Positions 27,858 to 39,398 are shown, counted from the stretch's first letter. The stretch is DNA of 64,000 nucleotides from an uncultured Holophaga sp. (GCA_963664825.1 OY761614.1:2208001-2272000), one strand, 5' to 3'. Numbers and translations: made by a program. Notes: a model not told the origin generated them from the sequence alone.

Positions 27858-28469
27858 GCTCCCAGGGGATGGAAGTTCGTTGTCTTCAAGAAGGACAAGC
27901 ATGTTGTAGGCCTTGTTTGCGCATGATTGTATTTCTGGGGATGGTTCACAGACGGCATACAAGGACTGGAATTTGCCTCCAACTCGGTTGATAAATTCTA
28001 GGATTTTATTTTTTCTATTATTAATACTTATATGGACGAGATACATTGCGACACTTAATGGAAAAAATAGATACGAAGATATTATAACCCATGCGCAATA
28101 GTTTGAGCCACAACTCCGGTCAACATAGACACCATTTAAGGCGTAATGTTCAGCAGCATGCCATTGACAAAATTTGTTATTAAAAAACCTAGAATATGCT
28201 GCTTGAATAAAGGCTATAAGTGTCAATATAATACGAAAAAAGAATGCAGTGCGGAAACCAACGATTGGAATAGAACTATATGTTAATAAGTCGTATGAAA
28301 TTGCTATAAGCATAGGAGTGTATTCTTTTTTAAGGTGTTGATTCATTTCTCCGCTAAGTTTTAGTCTTTTAGGGATTGGTTTACCTTCAATGGTAACCGT
28401 CACTGCCCAATTTGGGCCATAAAATGTTGTTCCATGCTTTGTTGAACGACCGTCGATTCTATATTCCAT
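27852..28469 (-). CDS. Cassette gene: DUF1385-like membrane protein
   Basis: WHAAEH and SCGSN resemble DUF1385 HGAEH/RCGTS; hydrophobic segments; AT-rich. Confidence 0.6.
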   Translation of the reverse strand: MEYRIDGRSTKHGTTFYGPNWAVTVTIEGKPIPKRLKLSGEMNQHLKKEYTPMLIAISYDLLTYSSIPIVGFRTAFFFRIILTLIAFIQAAYSRFFNNKFCQWHAAEHYALNGVYVDRSCGSNYCAWVIISSYLFFPLSVAMYLVHISINNRKNKILEFINRVGGKFQSLYAVCEPSPEIQSCANKAYNMLVLLEDNELPSPGSS

Positions 28470-28482
28470 GGATGCTCACAGC

Positions 28483-28546
28483 GCCTAACGATGGAGCTAA
28501 CCCGCGCTGCCGAGGCGGCGCGGCGAGTTGGGTGAAACGAGGATTC
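28483..28546 (-). repeat. attC half-site D (truncated)
   Basis: GCCTAACGATGGAGCTAACCCGCGCTGCCGAGGCGGCGCG matches one arm of B/C; other arm absent. Confidence 0.75.
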
Positions 28547-28806
28547 ATCCCGAGTCTGACACTATGCTGGTTTCATTCCAAGGGGAACAATTCCCTACGG
28601 TGAACCTCCTGATGCTCCATCCCGATGTGGGTGAGCCAATAGCCTCGGCTCCATCACACGAAACTGTGAATCGTCCTTCTCTCACCCATTTGACGCAGAT
28701 CCCGAGCTTTTGAAATCCCCCCGTGCCGGTCCCCCCGTGTCCCTGGGAAAAGGGGGGGGGACCGGTGCAGGGCTGGATCCTGGTTATTTCCCGGGAGGAG
28801 GCCGCA

Positions 28807-29892
28807 ATGGCAAGGGAAAAAGGAAATACGGGGCTGCGAGGTGGACTCCGGCTCCGCAACGGAATCTATAACTTCCGATTCAAGTTCAAAGGTGAGGTGA
28901 TATCCGGGTCCACGGCTTGCCGGGATCGGAAGTCAGCAGAGCGATGGCTACTCCAGTTCCGGTCAAAACTCGCCCTGGAGAACATCAACCTCAAGGAAAC
29001 CAAGATCCCGACCTTCGGGGATTGCTATCACCTCTGGACCAAGGGAAGGGCTCCAAGGCTGGCCGAGACTTCCTTGAAGATGTATCGATGTCATTGGCGG
29101 CGAGTCTGGAGTCCATGGAAGGACATCAAGCTGACGGAGCTTCAGCCTCACATTGATACCCTATACACCACCTATAAGATTGGACATGCCGACGCCAGCC
29201 AACGAGAGATGTTTAGTAAATTGAAAAGCATCCTGAATTTCGCCAAGGAAAGGTGCATCCACAACCTGCCCTTTGATTTCCCCTTGGTAAAGGTCAGTCA
29301 TGCCCCAAAGGTCGTGTTGGTTGGTGATGAGATCACGACCCTCTTTGATCACCTCAATAAGATCGCCAATCTCCAGCAACAAGTTTTGATAAGAAGCATG
29401 TTCCATCTGGGCTTGAGGGTAAGTGAGGCCTATAACCTCCGATGGTCCGGTTACGACGAAGCTCGCCGAACCTACACCTTCATCGGCAAGGGAGGGAAAG
29501 AGGCCACCCTGCCGGTCATCGATGAGATGGCCGAATGGTTTGCCAAGCTTCCAAGGGTTTCAGACCTCATGTGCCCACGGTCCGATAGATCAGATCTACC
29601 CCGTGCGACCAAGTATACGGATGAGGTCTTGAAGCAAGCCGCCGCCATGATGGGTTTGATTGGCTTCAGCCATCATCGGCTCCGGGCTTCACTTGCCACC
29701 CACCTCCTCAATAAGGGGGTTCCTCCGACCCAAGTGCAGGCCATCCTTCGGCACGAATCAATCCAAACCACGGTGGCCCATTACTACCAACAAGATCTCA
29801 AGACCCTCCGAGCGGCCATGGAAGCGCACCACATCAGCACCCGCCCCACGGACCCCGATACCCTCCCGAAGATCATCCCCTTCGCCTGCTAG
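28807..29892 (+). CDS. Tyrosine recombinase, phage-integrase type
   Basis: GLRVSEA (R), GKGGK (K), HRLR, LRH, HYY; N-terminal arm-binding-like segment; GGAGGAGG RBS. Confidence 0.92.
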   Translation: MAREKGNTGLRGGLRLRNGIYNFRFKFKGEVISGSTACRDRKSAERWLLQFRSKLALENINLKETKIPTFGDCYHLWTKGRAPRLAETSLKMYRCHWRRVWSPWKDIKLTELQPHIDTLYTTYKIGHADASQREMFSKLKSILNFAKERCIHNLPFDFPLVKVSHAPKVVLVGDEITTLFDHLNKIANLQQQVLIRSMFHLGLRVSEAYNLRWSGYDEARRTYTFIGKGGKEATLPVIDEMAEWFAKLPRVSDLMCPRSDRSDLPRATKYTDEVLKQAAAMMGLIGFSHHRLRASLATHLLNKGVPPTQVQAILRHESIQTTVAHYYQQDLKTLRAAMEAHHISTRPTDPDTLPKIIPFAC

Positions 29893-29971
29893 ACCCGCCA
29901 ATGCCCCAGAGCCCCCGGCCAATGGGGGCTCTTCTTCTAGAGCGGGATCCCCTGGTTCTACTTCAGTTCCC

Positions 29972-30014
29972 GGTTGTCCCCTGTGGTTGTCCCCCGCCGC
30001 TGGGTGGTTGTCCC
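29972..30014. repeat. Three direct copies of GGTTGTCCC
   Basis: At 29972, 29985 and 30006, downstream of the integrase. Confidence 0.75.
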
Positions 30015-30152
30015 GATATGCTGCCACCCCAATCCCTCCCGATTTGGTTCAGAAAGGGATTCTCCCGAATTTATGTTCGTCTTTTTTCTAAAATTCGTTT
30101 TTTGTGCTTGCGCAAATCGGATAAAAAGCGAAACTAGGTTCGAGGTGATCCC

Positions 30153-30374
30153 ATGAATCTCGAGCGTACCCCCCGGAATGGTGAGCTAAAGTCCTTTGGA
30201 TACAAGCAGATGGGCTACTTCATGGAGTATGGGCCCATCTATGCGCGGGATCTGGATGAAGCTCGAGCCCTCATCCGGCAGCGCCTCAATGCCCGGCGCC
30301 TGCCCTGGGGTCTCCAGATCTGGGATCTGGCTAAACGCCCCCTGGCCAAGTGGCGCGTGGCTGAGGCCTCCTGA
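30153..30374 (+). CDS. Small hypothetical protein
   Basis: 73 aa; GAGGTGA RBS. Confidence 0.65.
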   Translation: MNLERTPRNGELKSFGYKQMGYFMEYGPIYARDLDEARALIRQRLNARRLPWGLQIWDLAKRPLAKWRVAEAS

Positions 30375-30397
30375 TCGCAGAGCGTGGTTCCTGAGGG

Positions 30398-31555
30398 TCA
30401 GCGTTTCTTCTTTTTCTTGCCCTTTTCGGATCCGAAGACCTTGGCCAGGAAGCCCTCGTCCTCCGGGGCTTGACCATCCTGGCGCATGGTCTGCAAGAGG
30501 CCGCGCACGAGTTCCTGCTGCTCCTCACTCAGTTTGGTGGGAACGGCCACGCGCAGGTGCAAGTAGAGATCCCCGCGCCCTGATCCCCGCAATCGGGGGA
30601 CGCCCCCATTGGAGAGCTTGACCACCTTATCGCCGGGGGTTCCGGGGGCGATGCGGATGGAATCCTGCCCATAGAGGGTTTCCAGGGGGAGTTCGCCACC
30701 CAGGACTAGCATGGGCCAGGGCACCTCCAGGCGCCGATGCAGATCGAAGCCGTCGCGTTCGTAGAGGGGATCCTGTTCGATATCGAAGACGACGAAGAGA
30801 TCTCCTGCGCCTGCGCCCGCTCGACCAGCCTCCCCCTCGCCTTCCAGGCGCAGGCGCTGGCCGCGGTCCACGCCGGCCGGGATGCGGAACTTCACCTTGG
30901 TGCGGCGCTGGATGCGGGCTTCACCCCTGCAGGAGGGGCAGGGGCTCTGGATGATCTTGCCCCGGCCCTCGCAGCGGGGGCAGCTCACGTACATCTGGAG
31001 GAAGCCCTGGCGCATGGCCACCTGGCCGTTGCCGCGACACTGGGGACAGGTGAGGGGGGAGGTGCCCTCGGCACATCCGCTGCCGTGGCAGGTGCCGCAG
31101 GCCTCCAGCCTCGGGATCTCGATCTCCTTGATATCCACCCCGAAGACGGCCTCCTTGAAGGGCAGCTTGAGGGTGTATTGCAGATCCGAGCCCCGTTCAC
31201 CGGAACCGGAGCGGCGTCGGCCTGACCCGAAGAGATCGCCGAAGATGCCTCCACCGCCGCCGAAGAAACTGCCGAAGATATCCTGGAAATCCGTGAACTG
31301 GTTCGGATCGAACTGGAAACCGCCCTGGTTGGGGGCGTCGAAGCCGAACTGATCGTAGTGGGGGCGCTTATCGGCGTCCGAAAGAACCGCGTAGGCCTCG
31401 GCGGCCTCCTTGAACTTTTCCTCGGCCTCCTTGTTCCCCGGATTCTGGTCCGGGTGGAACTGCATGGCCAAGCGGCGGTAGGCCTTCTTGATCTCGTCGA
31501 GGGAGGCCTCACGGCCTACGCCTAGAATCTCGTAGTAATCACGCTTCGCACTCAT
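30398..31555 (-). CDS. dnaJ: Chaperone DnaJ
   Basis: HPD J-domain, G/F region, four CxxCxG motifs. Confidence 0.97.
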   Translation of the reverse strand: MSAKRDYYEILGVGREASLDEIKKAYRRLAMQFHPDQNPGNKEAEEKFKEAAEAYAVLSDADKRPHYDQFGFDAPNQGGFQFDPNQFTDFQDIFGSFFGGGGGIFGDLFGSGRRRSGSGERGSDLQYTLKLPFKEAVFGVDIKEIEIPRLEACGTCHGSGCAEGTSPLTCPQCRGNGQVAMRQGFLQMYVSCPRCEGRGKIIQSPCPSCRGEARIQRRTKVKFRIPAGVDRGQRLRLEGEGEAGRAGAGAGDLFVVFDIEQDPLYERDGFDLHRRLEVPWPMLVLGGELPLETLYGQDSIRIAPGTPGDKVVKLSNGGVPRLRGSGRGDLYLHLRVAVPTKLSEEQQELVRGLLQTMRQDGQAPEDEGFLAKVFGSEKGKKKKKR

Positions 31556-31578
31556 CCTTCCAGACTAGCAGAAGGACC

Positions 31579-33456
<1,878 letters not shown>

Positions 33457-33483
33457 ATGAAAGCTCCATTCATGCAGGCGAGG

Positions 33484-34215
33484 TTACTGGAGATTACCAG
33501 GATCATCCAGTTCGGGAGTGGCTTCTGGGTTGCGGTTCACCACCACCCGGGCGGCCCGCAGGAGCTGGTCTCGGAGCTTGAAGCCCCGCTCGAAGATGGA
33601 CGCGATGGCGCCGTCCGGCAGGGTGGGATCCACCGCCGTGGTGAGGGCTTCCGCATTCTGGGCGTCGAAGGCGTCACCCACCTTGAGTTCAATTTCCTCG
33701 ACGCCGATGCGCCGCAGGGCATCCAGATATTGTTTGTGGATGAGCGCGACCCCTTCGCGGCAGTCTTCCACGGTGCCGTAGGAGGCCCCCAGGCAGCGCT
33801 CGAAGTTGTCCATGATGGGCAGCATCTCCACCAGCAGCTTGCGCTCGGAGAGATCAACGGCCATCTGGATATCCCGCCCGGTGCGGTTGCGGTAGTTGGC
33901 GAAGTCCGCCAGCAGGCGGTGGTGGCGGTCCGCCTGCTCCATCTCTCGCTTTTCCATCTCCTGGAGGCGGGCCGTGGCTTCCTGCATCTCACGCTCGAGC
34001 TCCTGGATGATTCGCTCGGAGACATCTCCTGTGGCCGCGAGGCGGGGCTCTCGGCTGGGAGGTTCCGGTGTGATATCGGCCACTTCGTCGGCCAAGGCCT
34101 GGAGGTCGTCCACCGCTTCCGATTCGTCAATGGTGAGGTCCACCGTCATATCGCCATCGCGGGCGGTCGGCTCCTCGTCGGGGGCTGGGATACTCGAGTT
34201 GGGTTCAGAGATCAT
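33484..34215 (-). CDS. grpE: Nucleotide exchange factor GrpE
   Basis: ADFANYRNR, LPIMDNFER, LLRAARVVV; operon position. Confidence 0.92.
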   Translation of the reverse strand: MISEPNSSIPAPDEEPTARDGDMTVDLTIDESEAVDDLQALADEVADITPEPPSREPRLAATGDVSERIIQELEREMQEATARLQEMEKREMEQADRHHRLLADFANYRNRTGRDIQMAVDLSERKLLVEMLPIMDNFERCLGASYGTVEDCREGVALIHKQYLDALRRIGVEEIELKVGDAFDAQNAEALTTAVDPTLPDGAIASIFERGFKLRDQLLRAARVVVNRNPEATPELDDPGNLQ

Positions 34216-34318
34216 GTTGGGAATTGTAGTCCACCAGCCGGGAATCGGCAGCAGGATCCTGAGGGATCTATCGGGCCATCTTCCGGGTCCAGGGATCTGG
34301 ACGAGGCATCCCGCCCCT

Positions 34319-35365
34319 TCAGGACTGGCGAACCCCGCGCCGGGCCAGTTCCTCGGACCACCAGGCCAAGCCGCCAATCACCTTGCCGTAGTCCAGGCGC
34401 AGGGGGCCGAAGAAGGCGAAGGCGGCCCCGTCGTGGCCGGGCAGACCCACGGTGCGCATGGCTGTGGCCAGGGGGATATCCGGGAGGAAGGGGTTCTCGG
34501 AACCCAGGAGCAGCTTCACCTCCCGGGCCGAGGCCTCGGCGAAGGCGTTCAGGAGGCGGGCCAGGTGGCCGTGTTCCTCGAAGGTGGTCACCAGTTCCCG
34601 GAAGCGCCTGGAATCCTCGAATTCGGGCATCTCCAGCAGCTCTCGCAGGCCCGAGACGATGAGGTGGGGGCCCTCGGCTTCTCCCGAGGAATTCATGCAC
34701 TCCGCGAGGCTCGCCAGCCGCATGCGCAGTTGCCGGGCCTCGTCGGCCTGTCCCTGCAGGGTCTCGAAGAGGCGGCGCCGCATATCGGCCAGGGAGCATC
34801 CCAGGAAGTGGAAGGTGGCGAAGTTCCCCAGTTCCGTGAGGGTGGCCGCATCGAAGCCCCAGGTGTTTTCCATGACCTGGTGCTCCACATCTCCGGCGTT
34901 GCCCACCCAGACGGCCACCAGACGCCGGGGGCCCAGGGATACGAATTCCAGGCGCACCAGGCTGCTGGTGGAGAGGTGCACGGGCAGAGCCACACAGACG
35001 CCACCCATGACCTCGGAGAGTACTCTGCTGGCGTGGCGGAGCCAGGTGTCCGGGTCCTGGTCCATGCCCTCGAAGGCGGCGGCGAGCTTGGCTCCCAGTG
35101 CTGGCGCAGGGCGCTGAGGGCGGACCCAACGGTCTACGTAATAGCGGTAGGCGCGCTGTGTGGGGACCCGCCCGGCGCTGGTGTGGGGCTGGCTCACCAG
35201 GGCTTCCTCTTCCAGATCGGCCAGGACGCTGCGGATGGTGGCGCTGGAGAGGGGTTCGGGAAAGCGCTGGGCGAGCAGGCGGGAGCCCACGGGCTCTCCC
35301 TCCACGAGGTAGGCCTCGATGAGGGCTTTGAGCACTGTCTCGCTGCGGGCATTCAGTGTGGTCAT
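34319..35365 (-). CDS. hrcA: Heat-inducible transcription repressor
   Basis: EPVGSR, SSATIR, QPHTSAGRVPT, GPLRLDY. Confidence 0.95.
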   Translation of the reverse strand: MTTLNARSETVLKALIEAYLVEGEPVGSRLLAQRFPEPLSSATIRSVLADLEEEALVSQPHTSAGRVPTQRAYRYYVDRWVRPQRPAPALGAKLAAAFEGMDQDPDTWLRHASRVLSEVMGGVCVALPVHLSTSSLVRLEFVSLGPRRLVAVWVGNAGDVEHQVMENTWGFDAATLTELGNFATFHFLGCSLADMRRRLFETLQGQADEARQLRMRLASLAECMNSSGEAEGPHLIVSGLRELLEMPEFEDSRRFRELVTTFEEHGHLARLLNAFAEASAREVKLLLGSENPFLPDIPLATAMRTVGLPGHDGAAFAFFGPLRLDYGKVIGGLAWWSEELARRGVRQS

Positions 35366-35435
35366 CACGGATCCGAGGGACCGGCTCCCCTTTCCCATAA
35401 TATACTTCACCCGATTCCACTCTCGGAGGACTCCC

Positions 35436-36272
35436 ATGCGTAAGCTCATCCCTCACGCCGTCTTTGCCGCCCTGCTCGTGCTCGGCACCCTTGCCTGCGG
35501 GAAGAAACTCAGCCCAGAGGCTCAGCAGGCCCAGGATTCCGCGAAGAACGCCGATACCAAAGTGGCCGCCCTGGAGAAGGAACTGGCCGAACTCAAGGTC
35601 GCTAAGACCGGGGATGCCGATACCGAGCATGTCTCCAAGTCCCAGATCAAGGCCGTGGAAAAGCAGCTCCAGGACGCCAAGCGCCAGGCCGAGGTCAAGA
35701 AGAAGGCCGCCCAGGAATTGGCCGCCCAGCCTGTGACCCGGGAAGCGCCCAAGGCCGTTGTGGTGGAAGTGCCTGCGGGCACCAAGCTGGAGGTGAAGCT
35801 CGCCAAGGATCTCAGCACGGAGACCGTGCAGGCCGGGGATGCCTGGGAAGGCCGTCTGGCCACGGATGTCATGGCCGACGGCAAGGTGGCCTGGCCCATG
35901 GGTCTTGAAGTGCGCGGCGTGGTCAGCCAGAGCACGCCTGCGGGGCGCCTCAGCAGCGGCAATGGGGGCTTGGGCATCAAGCTCACCTTCGTGGGCTCCT
36001 ACGATGTGGAGAGTGGCCTCCATGTCGTCACCGGCACGCCCCGGGGTGAGCGCAATGCCAAGTACATCGGCGGCGGCGCGGCCCTGGGCGCCCTGGTCGG
36101 CATTCTCACCGATAAGCACAACAAGGGTGATCACGCCCTGGGGGGCGCGGCCATCGGTGCTGCCGCCGGCACGGCTGTGGCTGCGGGCACCGCCGATACC
36201 GTGATCCGGATCCCAGCCGGAAAGGCCGTGACCTTCACCCTTTCGGCGCCGGAGCGGGTCACGCTGAGGTAG
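35436..36272 (+). CDS. Putative lipoprotein with glycine-zipper C-terminus
   Basis: Lipobox TLAC; VPAGTKLEV; GGGAALGA..GGAAIGAAAG. Confidence 0.75.
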   Translation: MRKLIPHAVFAALLVLGTLACGKKLSPEAQQAQDSAKNADTKVAALEKELAELKVAKTGDADTEHVSKSQIKAVEKQLQDAKRQAEVKKKAAQELAAQPVTREAPKAVVVEVPAGTKLEVKLAKDLSTETVQAGDAWEGRLATDVMADGKVAWPMGLEVRGVVSQSTPAGRLSSGNGGLGIKLTFVGSYDVESGLHVVTGTPRGERNAKYIGGGAALGALVGILTDKHNKGDHALGGAAIGAAAGTAVAAGTADTVIRIPAGKAVTFTLSAPERVTLR

Positions 36273-36300
36273 ACGAAGGACCTCCTGGTTCGGTGACGGC

Positions 36301-36951
36301 ATGACGGAACGCGAAATCCTGGAATCCCTCTGCGAGGCTTGCCGTCGCCTCCATGATCGCGGCCTGCTGGCGGCCGGGGACGGCAATCTCAGCGCCCGGC
36401 TCGCCGATGGGCGCATCGCCATGACGCCCTCGGGGGTGGCCAAGGCCTGGATTCGTCCCCGGGATTTCGCCTTCCTCAGTTCACAGGGCGAGGTGCTGAA
36501 GGGCCAGCCCAGCAGCGAGCGACTCATGCACCTGGCCATCTATGGGGCCTGTCCGGAGGCCAGGGTGGTGGTCCACGCCCACCCGCCCACGGCCATCGCC
36601 TGGACGCTGGCCCGGCCCGAACTGGCGGCGATGCCTTCCGAAGGCCTGCCTGAGCTCATTTTGGGGGCGGGCGCGATCCCCATCGTGGCCTATGCCCGGC
36701 CCGGCACCCCAGGGCTCGGCGAGGCCCTGAAGCCCTTCCTGCCCGCCCATCGCCTGCTCGTCCTGGCCCGCCACGGGGCCGTATGCTGGGGGGAGGATAT
36801 CCACGAGGCCGTGGGGGGCATGGAGCGCCTGGAGCATGTGGCCCAGATTCTCAAGGCCGCCGTGCAACTTGGAGGAATCTCGCCCCTTCCCCATGCTGAA
36901 CTCTCGGCTCTCCGGCAGCTCCGGGCGGAGCTGGGTCCCCGGCTTCGGTGA
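36301..36951 (+). CDS. Class II aldolase/adducin family protein
   Basis: DGNLS, TPSG, PSSE..MHL, VVHAH, LARHGA. Confidence 0.9.
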   Translation: MTEREILESLCEACRRLHDRGLLAAGDGNLSARLADGRIAMTPSGVAKAWIRPRDFAFLSSQGEVLKGQPSSERLMHLAIYGACPEARVVVHAHPPTAIAWTLARPELAAMPSEGLPELILGAGAIPIVAYARPGTPGLGEALKPFLPAHRLLVLARHGAVCWGEDIHEAVGGMERLEHVAQILKAAVQLGGISPLPHAELSALRQLRAELGPRLR

Positions 36952-37545
36952 TCAGAGATCCCAGTTCAGATCATAGGCATGCATGTCCACGGGATGGGGC
37001 TGCTGGTCCACCCGTCCGCCGGTGAATCCCAGATGTTGGAGGGCTTCCCTGAGGGCCGGAGGCATGACTTCGTCGAGGTATTGGGGATAGGGGAACCTCG
37101 CCCAGATGGTGACGCGTGCCTGGTGGGGGGCCCTCTGCACGCCTTCGATGCAGCCTCCGTCATGGCAGGCCTGCCAAAGGAGGCAGAACCGCGCCAGGAA
37201 GGTGGCGATATTCCGGGTGCCCCGGAGATCCTCGAAGTGGGGATGGGAGAACATCAGGGAGGCCATGGTGAAGGCCCGGACCTTCTCCAGGCGCATATCG
37301 AAGAGCCCTCCGTAGGCCGAACGGATCTCACGGAGGAGCTCCACAGGTACCCATGCCTCGGCGGCCGGAGGCTGACACATCAGATTCCGAGCAGCGGGGC
37401 CCAGGTTTTCCAGCAGGAGTTCCTGCCGATCCGAGGTGAGTCCGGCGAGGATCGTGGCCCGGAAGGCCTGGATGCCCAGTCCTCGGACTTGGCTCACGGC
37501 CAGGGAACCGAGCGGGCCACTGGGGCGCGTGGAATCATCGGTCAT
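36952..37545 (-). CDS. Hypothetical protein
   Basis: 197-aa ORF filling the gap between aldolase and mtnA. Confidence 0.55.
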   Translation of the reverse strand: MTDDSTRPSGPLGSLAVSQVRGLGIQAFRATILAGLTSDRQELLLENLGPAARNLMCQPPAAEAWVPVELLREIRSAYGGLFDMRLEKVRAFTMASLMFSHPHFEDLRGTRNIATFLARFCLLWQACHDGGCIEGVQRAPHQARVTIWARFPYPQYLDEVMPPALREALQHLGFTGGRVDQQPHPVDMHAYDLNWDL

Positions 37546-37625
37546 CCATTCATATTAGCGCAGGGGGCCAAGGCCGACGCATTTTTGCTCAAGGGGCCAG
37601 TCCCCGGGTGCACTAGGCTGTTTGG

Positions 37626-38636
37626 ATGAACGAACGGGTTTCCCTCGCGCTGAAGGTGGAGGTGGGTCGCCTCTGGATCCTGGACCAGACCCGGCTGCCG
37701 GACGTGGAATGCTGGCTCGACGGCAGGGACCCTGGGACGATGGTGGGCCATATCCAGCGCCTGGCGGTGCGGGGTGCGCCCCTCATCGGCGTGGCGGCGG
37801 CGCTTTCGCTGGCTTCCTACGCGGAATCCGGCGCTTCGCAAGTTCGGTTGAGGTCGGCCTGTGCGGCTTTGCGGGGGGCCAGGCCCACCGCCGTGAACCT
37901 CATGGTGGCCATGGACCGGATGAAGGGCTGCCTGGACGCGGGCGCCTCCACCCAGGGTCTGGTGCGCGAGGCCGAGGCCATCTTCGATGAGGACGTGGCG
38001 CTCTGCGAGGCCCTGGCCCAGCGGGGCGCGGCCCTGATGGGTTATGGCGAGAGCGTCATCACCCACTGCAACGCGGGGGCCCTGGCCACGGCGGGCATCG
38101 GCACGGCGGTGGGCGTCATTGCCCGCGCCTTCGAACTGGGGAAACTGAATCATGTCTTCGTGGACGAGACCCGTCCCCTGCTCCAGGGGGCCCGGCTCAC
38201 GGCCTGGGAAATGCTTCGCCTAGGCATCCCCCATACGCTCATCACCGATAGCATGGCGGCGATCCTCCTGCGGGAGGGGCGCGTGCAGCGCGTGCTGGTG
38301 GGCGCCGACCGGGTGGCCGCCAATGGCGATTTCGCCAACAAGGTGGGCACCTACGGTCTGGCCGTGCAGGCCTCCCATCACGGCATCCCCTTTCACCCGG
38401 TGGCCCCCTGGACCACGGTGGACCTGGACTGTCCGGATGGAGGGTCCATCCCCATCGAGGAGCGGCTCGCCCAGGAGGTGCGCGGCTTTGGAAGCCTGCG
38501 CTGGGCGCCGGAAGGGAGTCCTGTGTTCAACCCATCCTTCGACGTGACCCCCGTTGCGCTGGTGACGAGTCTCGTGCTCGATCGCGCCGTGCTCTCAGGG
38601 GCTCAGCTGCGGGAGGGCGGATTGTCGAGGCTCTGA
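37626..38636 (+). CDS. mtnA: Methylthioribose-1-phosphate isomerase
   Basis: LDQTRLP, VRGAPLIG, RPTAVNL, THCNAG, ETRPLLQGARLT, NKVGTY. Confidence 0.95.
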   Translation: MNERVSLALKVEVGRLWILDQTRLPDVECWLDGRDPGTMVGHIQRLAVRGAPLIGVAAALSLASYAESGASQVRLRSACAALRGARPTAVNLMVAMDRMKGCLDAGASTQGLVREAEAIFDEDVALCEALAQRGAALMGYGESVITHCNAGALATAGIGTAVGVIARAFELGKLNHVFVDETRPLLQGARLTAWEMLRLGIPHTLITDSMAAILLREGRVQRVLVGADRVAANGDFANKVGTYGLAVQASHHGIPFHPVAPWTTVDLDCPDGGSIPIEERLAQEVRGFGSLRWAPEGSPVFNPSFDVTPVALVTSLVLDRAVLSGAQLREGGLSRL

Positions 38637-39398
38637 TCACGCCGCCAGGAAATTCCTCAGCCAGCCCAGGGGTCCGGTGTAGCGGATGGGGCCCTGTTCG
38701 CGGATGAGGCACCAGCATTCCTCGTTGAGGACCAGGGGCGCATGGGTGGAGCCCTCGCCGAAATGTGTCCAGCAGCCCGTGGGATAGGCTGCCTCGCCGT
38801 CTTCCATCAGGCCCTCCAGCACCAGCATCTGTTCGCTGCCGAAGTGGACATGGGAGGGGGTGCGGAATCCGTGGGGAGCCACCAGCAGGCTCAGGCGGGG
38901 GCCTCCGTCGTCGGCGCCCAGGAGGGTCGCCATGCGCGCGCCGCCGCGGGTCTTCCATTTCCAAGTGGCCTCTGGCGGGAGTTGGGATAGCACCGAGGCA
39001 GGCAGGAAGGGGGCCCCAAGAGGGGCCGTACCCTCCGTGAAGGCCTGATGCACCAATGCCATGATCCGCAGGCTCAGATCCCCACCAGACTGGAGGAGCC
39101 GCTGGAGCTCGCTGGGGATGGGGGAGGGCTGGGGGCGCCGCCGGGGGCGGAATCCTTTGATCCTGGACTGGGCGGCCCGGAGGGCGCCCTGAGCCAGGGG
39201 CAGGAGTTCCTGGGTTTCAAGTCTCAGCCCGATCTCTACGATGGCGGGCAGTCTTCGGACTTCCGCGTTCAGTTGGTGGCATTGGGGACAGCGCAGCAGG
39301 TGCAGCCGCAGGCGGATGCCTTCGGCAAGAGGCACGGCTCCATCCTCCAGGTCCGTGAGGCGGCAGACCACCTGCTGGCAGGTGAGGGGCGATGTCAT
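38637..39398 (-). CDS. Anti-sigma factor, zf-HC2 plus ChrR-like cupin
   Basis: HLLRCPQC; PSHVHFGSE, HAP cupin; overlaps ECF sigma stop. Confidence 0.85.
   Translation of the reverse strand: MTSPLTCQQVVCRLTDLEDGAVPLAEGIRLRLHLLRCPQCHQLNAEVRRLPAIVEIGLRLETQELLPLAQGALRAAQSRIKGFRPRRRPQPSPIPSELQRLLQSGGDLSLRIMALVHQAFTEGTAPLGAPFLPASVLSQLPPEATWKWKTRGGARMATLLGADDGGPRLSLLVAPHGFRTPSHVHFGSEQMLVLEGLMEDGEAAYPTGCWTHFGEGSTHAPLVLNEECWCLIREQGPIRYTGPLGWLRNFLAA

Larger units (their letters stand above)
23515..30379. mobile_element. Putative integrative island (integrase, cassette array, ORFans); boundaries tentative
   Basis: Tyrosine recombinase, AT-rich cargo, 8-bp direct repeat TGATCGCA at 23515 and 30372. Confidence 0.55.

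Noticed and set aside
25673..28546. Repeats as a CRISPR array
   Set aside because: Units are about 120 bp, imperfect, and separated by whole genes; no cas genes in the window.
28807..29892. Calling the recombinase intI
   Set aside because: No visible IntI-specific insertion, a phage-like N-terminus, and no recognisable attI; an HMM test is still needed.
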